IMG/VR virus record: IMGVR_UViG_3300017747_004610
Origin: an uncultured virus (IMG/VR IMGVR_UViG_3300017747_004610)
Taxonomy: Duplodnaviria > Heunggongvirae > Uroviricota > Caudoviricetes
Direction: 5' to 3' (one strand)
Length of the DNA: 20,000 nt
The notes beneath the pieces were generated by a model. That model was not told the origin of the DNA and searched no databases. It saw nothing but the letters and a program-made list of their open reading frames with translations. Shown here piece by piece: positions 8,854 to 17,771 of the stretch. Numbering within the stretch: the stretch's first letter is position 1; each line of letters starts with the position of its first letter. Made by a program: the position numbers and the translations under genes.

Positions 8854-10537
8854 CAATTAGTGGTTTAATTGCAAAATCAAATCCATCAAGATTATCATTA
8901 TAATTTATTCCTTCAGGTATCAATCTGAAAATCACTTGGGTATATGGATATTGTGCCGAATTCAAAAATGGATAATTAACCCCACGACGCAAGTTGTCAA
9001 TAAACCCATAGGTATAAATATCTCTCCATCTGAACTCTTGGTCGGCAGTTGAGTAAAATGCCCAACTCGGTACATTATCAATTAAACCCAATTCAGCGGT
9101 CTCTATATAATCCGAAAAAACTTTGAGAACCATAGTGTTATGTGGTTTATAATAATAACCTGGTGAATTGGTTGAAAAATTATTTGTAGTCTGAAAAACC
9201 TGTTGGTTAAACTTTATCTTATGATAATATGGCGATACTACACGTTCTACTTGTTCATAGTCATTCCACTCACAAAAATCACCATCCATGACATCTCCAG
9301 GTTTCAAATCTGTGTTGTAATAGAATGTTTTAGTCGCACCATTGGTGAGAGTATATGCCGAAACTGGTATACTTGTATTTGACCTTTGATTATTTAAGTC
9401 CCACCAAGGATTAGGAGTTTTAGATAAATTAAATTCCCATCCCTGTTTCAACCCAACTCCGTTGAATGATTGATTAAAATATCCTGAATAACCCTTATTA
9501 ACAATAGTAAGACTTATTTCATTCAGTGGTCTTTTTTGATTATCTAAAAAACCCGCAAAGTCTAAATCATAGTTAGATGTTACGTCATATGCATTACTAC
9601 TAGATTTTTGAGATATTCTTGTAACGTTGTTTGGAGTTATAGAACTATATTCCAATTTCTTTTCTTCCCCAAATACATTTTTTTCAAATCCCGCTTTTGT
9701 AATCGCAAGGTCGTTTAAGTTAGTCAACACCTTATATTTTTTTACATAATATTTCGATTTAGTTTCTGTTAAGTTGTCAGGGTTAATTACCCTCCTAAAC
9801 GTTCCAATCGTGCCATTACTAAATGTCGCACCTGTAAATCCAATGTTAAATAAATTGAAAACATGTGTACTACTTCCAAACAATCCATTACCAATAGAAT
9901 ATACCTGAAATATATTAGACCCCCTATAAGTTAAAGATAACTCAACATATTCTCCCGTAGTTAATCCATGAGGAGCAACACAGACAAATGAAACTAATCC
10001 ATTACCATTCTGTGTAGTATTCCTGATTGAGAATGGGATTCCACTAGACGCAGTCCAGTTGACATCATTATTTGTTGTCGAGTAATATGTTAATTGTCTA
10101 TTACTATCATTCTCGTACGGGTATGTTAAGTAATACATCCAATTATAAGTGTAGGCACTTTTTGCTTTGTACTGAAAGTGATTGTCCCCCACATTAGGTC
10201 TATAAAAATCAAACTCGTAATATTGAGGAAATCCTCTCCATATCCCACTTTGTTTTGAAGCTACAGGGTCACTGTAATAAAGGTTGTATTGGAAAGGTAA
10301 ATAAGTTGTTGAACCAGTATACGTGTTGTCATACAAGTATGTAATCTTGAAGGTAGGTCTGAATATCGTACTAGTCTGTCTCTCATCATCATAAATCTGA
10401 GCTAAATTCAAGGTTGAAGTCCTATCATACTCAGTCAGTTCTTGACTCTGTTCTTGGAGCGTTACAGAAAGTTCCTCATCTAAAGATGGGGCACCCTTAT
10501 ATCTAAGTCCACTCGGTATTATTGTATACTTATTCAT
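8840..10537 (-). CDS. Hypothetical virion structural protein (565 aa)
   Basis: Long ORF with an 8-nt overlap with the upstream gene. Contains APHGLTTGEYVELS, resembling an HGLxxGxxV beta-barrel motif common in phage tail proteins. Confidence 0.7.
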   Translation of the reverse strand: MNKYTIIPSGLRYKGAPSLDEELSVTLQEQSQELTEYDRTSTLNLAQIYDDERQTSTIFRPTFKITYLYDNTYTGSTTYLPFQYNLYYSDPVASKQSGIWRGFPQYYEFDFYRPNVGDNHFQYKAKSAYTYNWMYYLTYPYENDSNRQLTYYSTTNNDVNWTASSGIPFSIRNTTQNGNGLVSFVCVAPHGLTTGEYVELSLTYRGSNIFQVYSIGNGLFGSSTHVFNLFNIGFTGATFSNGTIGTFRRVINPDNLTETKSKYYVKKYKVLTNLNDLAITKAGFEKNVFGEEKKLEYSSITPNNVTRISQKSSSNAYDVTSNYDLDFAGFLDNQKRPLNEISLTIVNKGYSGYFNQSFNGVGLKQGWEFNLSKTPNPWWDLNNQRSNTSIPVSAYTLTNGATKTFYYNTDLKPGDVMDGDFCEWNDYEQVERVVSPYYHKIKFNQQVFQTTNNFSTNSPGYYYKPHNTMVLKVFSDYIETAELGLIDNVPSWAFYSTADQEFRWRDIYTYGFIDNLRRGVNYPFLNSAQYPYTQVIFRLIPEGINYNDNLDGFDFAIKPLIDECE

Positions 10538-13500
10538 CTACAGAATACTTTGTTTTGAATTTATCCAAAGCGGTTTGTCCGACAATAGTTCCAAAATAAA
10601 ATTGGAATGGAGCTCCAACCACAAATTTTTGTTTCAATGCCCCAGTTGCAATATATTGACCATTACCAACTGTTCCATTGACATTGAATATATATACTCG
10701 TGCATTCAAATCATTAGATTCTGAATTGTTACTCCAAAAATACTGAGTATCAGATGCATATCTATCTAACGATTGATACCTAACATTTTGAACAATGTCT
10801 GATAAAGATGTTGCCCACGTATTATTTTGATTACCGAAAATAAGATTAGTGTTAGCCAATTTCCATTGATAAAAAGGTACCACCTGTGATTTTATACTAT
10901 AAGGGTACGGATAATATCCTATGTCATCGGTACCTCTGAAATTTATTCTACCAGGTGTCAGATAATCTTTAGTTTGTAAATCTTCCGTAGTAGATGAAAA
11001 CCATACTGCAATAGTTGGATCTTTTTCAGTCCCTAAAATTTGTGTAGGTGGATTAGTATCACCAGATAAAATATCATAATATTCTGGTGAAAAATTAATA
11101 TTTCCAATTTCACTATTAATTGACAACAGTTGAGCAAGGTCTCCATCTATCCTTCTTTCAGGTCTCGAAAATAATTGATTGATGGAGTTATCTCCTGCAG
11201 GTATTAATTGTTCTAAGAAATTTTCATCTGTAATTCTTGATATTACAAACAAATTAATCAAATCAGAAGTATCCCCATAGCTTGTTGGATTTATGTTAGG
11301 TAATATAAATCCTCGAGTTGTAGGGTCAAAAGTTATTTCAGAATAGAAATAATCTTTCATTCCCAAATTTATGACAGTGGTGGGATATAATAAGTTCAAA
11401 TCATTAATACCTCCATCTTGTTTGTTTACTATTTTTCCAACAAATTTGTTTGTTGTAAAATTGTATGGGCTACTTCTATAATAGAAGTTGTTACTATCCC
11501 GATTATAATACACCACATCTTCACAGAACCGAACCTGACCGACTTTATTTTGTCTATTATAAAAAGTATCAACTTGTATTGGAAAGAAATATAATGAACC
11601 GTTAATCCAATTGTTCATAAATGATTGGGAAAGTACTCCTCTACATAACCCATAAAAGAATCTGAATCTATACCCCCATTCATTAAAGTTTGAAAGATCT
11701 TTTCCTAAATCAAGTAGTGGCCTTCTTAAGAACAAATAACAACCTTTATACACATTATCCTTTGTAGTACATTCTTGATTTATTCCAAAATTGTCACCAA
11801 ATCCTTGATAACAATCTAATCCAACCATATTTTCACAACTAAATGTTGAAAACACGGTCAAATCATTTGGTAATCCATCAAGATCTTCAATTGGTATCTC
11901 GGCACCAGTTTGATATGACGCCAAATCCAATGGTTGATCGGGGTCAGTGATATTGTAAAAAATAAAATTATTATTTTGTTGTAGTAATGCCGGATTAGCT
12001 TCCCATGAACTACCATTCAACGCATCGGATGATGGTAACCTATCAGTCCTCATAACGTTGTTTATTTTAGAAGAGATTGGCATAGGATTTACCAATAACT
12101 GAGGATATCCGTTAGGAGTAAAATACTCATATTTTACATCATTATAATTAAAATTGAATGTGAGTAAAAGAAATGGTGTGAGTGAAAATGCGTCGATGTT
12201 CGAAAATATATAGGACCCTCCTGATACATCTTCAGACAGATCATATTTTGCAGCATTTTGAGTCGATGAATAAAAATCATTATTAGTTCTACTAACCATA
12301 GCAGTAACTCCTCCTAAATTCTCGTCCCTTAACCTGTTGTTGTTAGATGTCGCGTCTAAGCTTCCATAGTAACCAACAGTCGATGTTGTAAATCCAGAAA
12401 AGTTATTTCCCGCTTCGAAAAAATACGACGGATAAAACATACCACTTTGGGTAAATGGTTGGACCGATATATTAGTTTGAGTTAACTTTTGTATTGGTAT
12501 ATTTAACCTTGTTTGTGCAGTAAATATAAATTCAGAGTCATCAATATTTTTTCCAAATATTCTTCCAAGTCGATATTCATTTGTATATTTTGGAGAATAA
12601 GGGTCAACACCTCTTTGTAATACTAATATATATTGTTCACCCATCTCAGTAAAAGCACTCATTGGGTTAATCAAGAAATCGTCATCCCGTCTATACCCCG
12701 GAATAGGGAACGCCCTTTTTTTCGCCAAAGTAATTCTTGATGGTGCGTTTAGAACATTTGGGAAAGTCTCCAATTCATTTGTATTCCATATTTTGACTGC
12801 ATCCGCAATCGTTATGGCGGTCACTACTTGAAAATATTCCCTGTCTTGAGGGTATGATTGTCTTACAACTGTACTACCTGTTGGTAAAGAATAAGTTGTG
12901 GTTTGTTCTGAGGTCTGATTAACCGCATACTTTACATCGATTAAGGCCGAACCAGTTATTGTTGTTCCTGTAATACCATTAACAATTCCATTCTCGGTTT
13001 GAGCAGTAAATAAAAAATTCCTGTCCGAAGTTGTTGCAGGATTAACAGTTGTCAATAATTGTCCGGCTTGATAGTTGGAATTAGAAAGTACAGTAATCGT
13101 ATTATCGAAGTGAAATTTACCAAGGTTAGAATCTTTTGCGAAGGTAACTTTAATTCTATTCAATCCCTCAAAATAGTTTTGTCTTGAATTGAATATATTA
13201 ATTCTTTCTCCCAACGTCAAACTATCTGAAAACGCAAAGTGTTTTCTTTCATCAGATTCATCGGATAAAAATCTTTCAACAGATGATACTGGAGTTTTGA
13301 AAATATTCAAATCCGACACAGAATCATTATTTCCCGCAATTGCTTGTGAGAAAATAGAAGATTTTATTTGTATATCTTCAGAAGGAGTTCCGTCCGCTCC
13401 AAAAATTGACTCTAGTCCCTGATAATAACTTGGTGGAAATGAAACATAAGACAAAACTCCAGAAGTACCTCCCAAAAGAGCCTCAGAATTTAGTTTGCCT

Positions 13501-15275
13501 TCATTACAAGAACAAGATTGACATTCCGGATAAGTTATCATCGGTAATCTAATAGTAAAACTTTTAGTTTCACATTTTATATTCAATGCGATACAAATAA
13601 AACCGAATGGCCTAACTTTGATTACAGGAATTTCAACATCACACAAGAAACACAAGGCTTGAATTACGATAGTGTAAATGCCCAAAAGTAAGTGAGCATT
13701 TATCAAAATAACTAATCCAACAAATTGAATTACCGTGAATAATATTGAAAATAAAAAGTATAACAAATCAAAGTTTTTGAACCCATCATTAACAGGAAAC
13801 TTGTTAATAGTACTATCACAACTATCATCATCAATTTCTTTTATTCCAATAAATCTACCTCGTCCGTCTCCTTTTTTATATTGATCAATTAATGATGATA
13901 TTGTATAAACTCGATTGAATTGAAATTCATAAAAAGTGTCTTCACAGTCAATTATTTCATTTAATCTATCTATCTGTTCTGATCCATTAAAACCATTTGT
14001 GTATCCACTCCAAGCCAAACCAAAATAATAAGAACTTTCTTGAATGTCTTTTGTTGTTTGACTTCCCGAATTGGTTGGGTCTGTTGTAGAATTAATCCAT
14101 CCATACTCTTTTACGTTAGGAACCAAATAACTCGGCCTCCTTGTCTGCATGGTTAAATCATTCGCTTGTGACCATTTTACTTTGAATCTGTACTTACCTT
14201 TAGTTGGTATGCCGAGAGTAGGATCGTTAGACAAAACTCTTTCTCCAAATTCATTTGTTACAACATAGTCCAAATTCATTGGTAATTCTGTTAACCAAGT
14301 CCCGTCTCCATCAATTACATTACCAGCTTGTTCCAACTCATATACCTCTAGTACGGGATTACCGTCTTCATCTTGTTGTGTAGTCTGTCTTATCGCTAAT
14401 ATTTGACCAGGTCCTGAAGTAAGCCCACACAAATTACCCATATTATCTTTGGGTTTACAATTTCTCCTTATTCTGAATTTATCAGGAGAAGAAAACATTG
14501 ACCCCATAAAAACTGAGGTTGGTTGGATATCGACGTTGGCGTCGTCTCGTAAATCAAAATCTACTCTATTAATCGATATGTCACATATTTCAGGGTCTCC
14601 CCATAAAGGAGAAATTTCAGCATTTTTGGTTAGATTAATAATTTGAGGTAAGGAATTCAAGTCAGTAGATGTTCTGAATTTATTTCCAGCAACTTGTGCT
14701 TCAGTCGCTAAACCCATTCTAATTAAATCTTGTGGTGTTAAGGAGAACTCACCTATGTCTGAAAGGTCAACATCCATCACTATAGTCTGTGCTCCGAGTG
14801 GAACTCCCATTATCATATAGTCTCCACTATCATTTGTTCTAGAGGTGAACCTATAATACTTGTCGTAGATTTCTACGGCAGTGCTTCCTGTTAGAACATC
14901 AGATTTTGAAGGTAGTGTTCCAGTCGCAGAGTGTTTTGAATACGATGGTGTATAAGGAAGTAAATTATATCTATACCCATCATCGTTCCTATCGTTTGGA
15001 GATTTGTATGGATATATACTTGTAATTATTGGGTTTGATTCATCAACCTCTTCGATTGGAATGAATATTGAAACTCTGGCGTTTGGGACACCAAATCCAT
15101 TATTAGCTGTGACTCTACCAACCAAAACACCATAATCAGCACAGCTTCTTGTGTAGATATCAGTTTGTTGTATTTTAAGAGATAGTATTTCTAAGAACTC
15201 AAACTCTTGGTCTAATTGTACATTAATTGATTTATTAATACCAAGTTCGGTCTTAATTCTATATGAATCACCCAT
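10530..15275 (-). CDS. Large putative baseplate/tail structural protein (1581 aa) with an N-terminal carboxypeptidase-regulatory-like beta-sandwich and an internal hydrophobic/Cys-rich segment
   Basis: Long uninterrupted ORF in the baseplate operon. VLVGRVTANNGFGVPNARVSIFIP...TNDSGDYMIMGVPLGAQTI resembles the CarboxypepD_reg-like fold. Function not recognised. Confidence 0.7.
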   Translation of the reverse strand: MGDSYRIKTELGINKSINVQLDQEFEFLEILSLKIQQTDIYTRSCADYGVLVGRVTANNGFGVPNARVSIFIPIEEVDESNPIITSIYPYKSPNDRNDDGYRYNLLPYTPSYSKHSATGTLPSKSDVLTGSTAVEIYDKYYRFTSRTNDSGDYMIMGVPLGAQTIVMDVDLSDIGEFSLTPQDLIRMGLATEAQVAGNKFRTSTDLNSLPQIINLTKNAEISPLWGDPEICDISINRVDFDLRDDANVDIQPTSVFMGSMFSSPDKFRIRRNCKPKDNMGNLCGLTSGPGQILAIRQTTQQDEDGNPVLEVYELEQAGNVIDGDGTWLTELPMNLDYVVTNEFGERVLSNDPTLGIPTKGKYRFKVKWSQANDLTMQTRRPSYLVPNVKEYGWINSTTDPTNSGSQTTKDIQESSYYFGLAWSGYTNGFNGSEQIDRLNEIIDCEDTFYEFQFNRVYTISSLIDQYKKGDGRGRFIGIKEIDDDSCDSTINKFPVNDGFKNFDLLYFLFSILFTVIQFVGLVILINAHLLLGIYTIVIQALCFLCDVEIPVIKVRPFGFICIALNIKCETKSFTIRLPMITYPECQSCSCNEGKLNSEALLGGTSGVLSYVSFPPSYYQGLESIFGADGTPSEDIQIKSSIFSQAIAGNNDSVSDLNIFKTPVSSVERFLSDESDERKHFAFSDSLTLGERINIFNSRQNYFEGLNRIKVTFAKDSNLGKFHFDNTITVLSNSNYQAGQLLTTVNPATTSDRNFLFTAQTENGIVNGITGTTITGSALIDVKYAVNQTSEQTTTYSLPTGSTVVRQSYPQDREYFQVVTAITIADAVKIWNTNELETFPNVLNAPSRITLAKKRAFPIPGYRRDDDFLINPMSAFTEMGEQYILVLQRGVDPYSPKYTNEYRLGRIFGKNIDDSEFIFTAQTRLNIPIQKLTQTNISVQPFTQSGMFYPSYFFEAGNNFSGFTTSTVGYYGSLDATSNNNRLRDENLGGVTAMVSRTNNDFYSSTQNAAKYDLSEDVSGGSYIFSNIDAFSLTPFLLLTFNFNYNDVKYEYFTPNGYPQLLVNPMPISSKINNVMRTDRLPSSDALNGSSWEANPALLQQNNNFIFYNITDPDQPLDLASYQTGAEIPIEDLDGLPNDLTVFSTFSCENMVGLDCYQGFGDNFGINQECTTKDNVYKGCYLFLRRPLLDLGKDLSNFNEWGYRFRFFYGLCRGVLSQSFMNNWINGSLYFFPIQVDTFYNRQNKVGQVRFCEDVVYYNRDSNNFYYRSSPYNFTTNKFVGKIVNKQDGGINDLNLLYPTTVINLGMKDYFYSEITFDPTTRGFILPNINPTSYGDTSDLINLFVISRITDENFLEQLIPAGDNSINQLFSRPERRIDGDLAQLLSINSEIGNINFSPEYYDILSGDTNPPTQILGTEKDPTIAVWFSSTTEDLQTKDYLTPGRINFRGTDDIGYYPYPYSIKSQVVPFYQWKLANTNLIFGNQNNTWATSLSDIVQNVRYQSLDRYASDTQYFWSNNSESNDLNARVYIFNVNGTVGNGQYIATGALKQKFVVGAPFQFYFGTIVGQTALDKFKTKYSVDE

Positions 15276-15283
15276 GTAATATC

Positions 15284-15298
15284 TTTAATTTATAAATA
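15284..15298 (-). promoter_or_regulatory. Putative late promoter TATTTATAAATTAAA
   Basis: 15-nt sequence identical to 6896-6910; the octamer ends 15 nt before the ATG at 15275. Confidence 0.6.
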
Positions 15299-15373
15299 GT
15301 TTATGTGTAATTTTTAAGAATTAAAAGCACACACATTCTAAATTATAAACCAAAGCTTCGGATAATAAACCGA

Positions 15374-17212
15374 TTATGAGAAAGTAGTAGACTGGAAATT
15401 CTGAACCGAAACCTTAATATCTTTGTTTGGATATCTGATTTGGTATACCTGTGATGGTTGAGCGAAAATTGTTGAGTTGACTGGTTGAATTTCTCTTGTC
15501 TCAGGGTTAGAATATTGCATAGAAGTTTCTGCGGATGAATACTGACCTCCAACATTGTTGAAAACTTTAATACCCGAAACAGTTAAAACTCCATTTTGAT
15601 TTTGAACAATGCTTTGAATTTCAGATAAATAAACATTCTGTCCCAACTCCCTTACTTGAGGATTAAAGTAAGCTGCGATTCTATCCACAACATCAGCAAT
15701 AACTTGACCTGAATTCTGAGCCGATGTTAAAACAATAGAAACTTCAACACTTAAATCGATAACCTCAGCAGTAAGAATAGATATATAATCATTCATCATT
15801 CTATAGTTAGAAAGATACGTCGCAACATTTTGTTTTAAGGTATTTGATACAATATTTGTTAACTTTCCTGAAGTATCATATGATAATAATTGAATCAAAA
15901 TTTTGTTATTGTTTTCAGTAACTGAAACTTTAGCAGGTGCACCAAACTCTGATGGCATATTTCTGATAATAGACTCATAATCTTGTACTGTAACGGCTCT
16001 TTTTTGAGCTGAGAAGTTGAATGACACATAGTTTCTAATTTCTTCAAGTGACGGTAACCCCGCTCCACCGATTGCCGCAGTAACGTTATTACATCTCAAA
16101 GAATTCACTACTGATGAGTTAGTAAGCTCGGATGGTCCATTAACAAAGAAAGACACAGTACCAATTTGAGTAATAACATTTGTCCCTAAGTTAGTACCTA
16201 AGCCACCACCGATTCTATATTGTACAAATAAAGTTGAGTTTGGAGTTAAAGCAGACCCTAAAGATATGTTGTTCGAATATCTCTGTAAATCTATTGTCGC
16301 CCCTAATGTCGTGAATTGGTTAAGAGCATCTTGTGCAGTATTTGTACCACCACCAAAAGTTAATTTTTTGAATCCTTCAGGTGTATATTCACTAATAAAT
16401 CTATTTGGTGTTTGAATATACCTACCAACTTTAATACCTGGTTGGTCAGATACTTTTGTTGGATCTTCAATAAAAACTCTATCTTCGGCTAAAGCGTCTA
16501 CCTCATACCATTTGTTAGATGGTCCTAAAAATTCCGCACTTGTTGGTATGTTGGTATATTCAGTTCCACTCTTAAGTAAAACACTTGTTATACCCAGCAC
16601 ATTTTTTTCAGGTAGAAACAATTCAAAAAATGGTTTAACATCATTTGGTGTTATAACTCTTTTGAAAACCTTAGTAATACCATTAACTACCAACTCTCGT
16701 TTAGTAATTGTATAGTTTACTAATACGTTATTGGCATTGAAGTTAGGTATCTTAAGTCTATTAGGAAATCCTTGGGCATTGTATGGTGAAGTGAAATCAA
16801 CATCATATATATTTTCAAAAACAATTCCCGCCCCTGAAACTTGTGACCCTCTTGATAAAATTCCAAGATATCTTTCATCTTCTTTATCACCGAAGGCTGG
16901 TACCGTAATTGAGAAATCTACTAAAGATACCGATGGTCTTTGTCCAGGTAGTTTCAAACCATAAGTTCTTGCAATATTATATATTGAAGATCTTTGTTGT
17001 GCATATTGTAGTACTGTTTCTTGAATACTCCTATCGATGTGATAATGTAAGTTATCCGCAACGGCAGCATTCAAGTCCAAAAATACTGAAAATACAGATG
17101 CGTCATTAAAATCTTGTATTAGTTCAGGATAATATGTCCTCACATAATTCAGTAACTCAGTTCTTATCCCCTGATAATCTCTAGTTGTATATGAAATTTT
17201 ACGATTTGCCAT
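15374..17212 (-). CDS. Baseplate wedge protein, T4 gp6 / baseplate J-like (612 aa)
   Basis: N-terminal YTTRDYQGIRTELLNY...DFNDAS...AQQRSSIYNIARTYG and internal GGAGLPSLEEIR...QKRAVTVQDYE are gp6/J-type motifs; it directly follows the gp25-like gene. Confidence 0.9.
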   Translation of the reverse strand: MANRKISYTTRDYQGIRTELLNYVRTYYPELIQDFNDASVFSVFLDLNAAVADNLHYHIDRSIQETVLQYAQQRSSIYNIARTYGLKLPGQRPSVSLVDFSITVPAFGDKEDERYLGILSRGSQVSGAGIVFENIYDVDFTSPYNAQGFPNRLKIPNFNANNVLVNYTITKRELVVNGITKVFKRVITPNDVKPFFELFLPEKNVLGITSVLLKSGTEYTNIPTSAEFLGPSNKWYEVDALAEDRVFIEDPTKVSDQPGIKVGRYIQTPNRFISEYTPEGFKKLTFGGGTNTAQDALNQFTTLGATIDLQRYSNNISLGSALTPNSTLFVQYRIGGGLGTNLGTNVITQIGTVSFFVNGPSELTNSSVVNSLRCNNVTAAIGGAGLPSLEEIRNYVSFNFSAQKRAVTVQDYESIIRNMPSEFGAPAKVSVTENNNKILIQLLSYDTSGKLTNIVSNTLKQNVATYLSNYRMMNDYISILTAEVIDLSVEVSIVLTSAQNSGQVIADVVDRIAAYFNPQVRELGQNVYLSEIQSIVQNQNGVLTVSGIKVFNNVGGQYSSAETSMQYSNPETREIQPVNSTIFAQPSQVYQIRYPNKDIKVSVQNFQSTTFS

Positions 17213-17217
17213 CTATA

Positions 17218-17688
17218 TTAAATATTAATAATAACAAAATCACTTTGAGCAAAAGTCGATCTGTTGTTTGAGTAATCTATTCTAATTTTTGCAGTATATT
17301 CTGAAGTGCCTTTTCCTGGTAATCTGTAAATTGGAGATTCACTTGTACCAATAATATTTTCACCTATCATAGTATCAACTTCCTCCATTGGGTCCGCTGG
17401 TGTAATTGTTATCTGATTTAATAAAAGGTTTGGCATAAACTGTTGAACCGCGTCTCTTATATCTGATTGAATTGCATCAAAAGTCAATCCATCGAATGGT
17501 TCGAATAAGAATTCGTATAATCTAGTACCAAATTCAGGTAAATAATATCTACTTCCCTTCCTTGTTAAAAGTAAGTGTATTAAATCAGATTTTACCTGTT
17601 GAGATTCTAATTGAGTAAGTTCTAAAAAATCCCCTCGTCTCGAATCTCTGAATGGAAAATTAATACCATATGTAACTCCGTTTGCCAT
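17218..17688 (-). CDS. Baseplate wedge subunit, T4 gp25/GPW-like (156 aa)
   Basis: YGINFPF...VKSDLIHLLLTRKGSRYYLPEFGTRLYEFLFEP matches the gp25 family pattern. ATG at 17688 (MANGVTYG) is preferred over the track start at 17733, which overlaps the terminator tail and promoter motif. Confidence 0.9.
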   Translation of the reverse strand: MANGVTYGINFPFRDSRRGDFLELTQLESQQVKSDLIHLLLTRKGSRYYLPEFGTRLYEFLFEPFDGLTFDAIQSDIRDAVQQFMPNLLLNQITITPADPMEEVDTMIGENIIGTSESPIYRLPGKGTSEYTAKIRIDYSNNRSTFAQSDFVIINI

Positions 17689-17718
17689 AAAGATAAATAT
17701 AAGTCCCTTGTTTTTCCT

Positions 17719-17726
17719 TATAAATA
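17719..17726 (-). promoter_or_regulatory. Putative late promoter TATTTATA upstream of the gp25-like gene (variant TATTTATC at 17692-17699)
   Basis: The same octamer recurs in all four intergenic gaps over 10 nt. This copy sits just downstream of the terminator at the head of the structural operon. Confidence 0.55.
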
Positions 17727-17730
17727 GCCA

Positions 17731-17761
17731 CAAATAAAAAATCCCGATATATATCGGGATT
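17731..17761 (-). terminator. Rho-independent terminator downstream of nrdA
   Basis: Perfect palindrome AATCCCGATATATATCGGGATT (17740-17761) about 10 nt after the nrdA TAA, running on the minus strand into a T-rich tail (TTTTTTATTTG). Confidence 0.85.
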
Positions 17762-17771
17762 AATTATTTAA

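Noticed and set aside
856..17688. Bacterial eCIS, tailocin or T6SS locus
   Set aside because: Direct adjacency to a co-oriented nrdA, a gp6-sized wedge and phage-style gene packing fit a large lytic phage better. No eCIS ATPase or host genes are visible, though no capsid genes are in the window to prove it.
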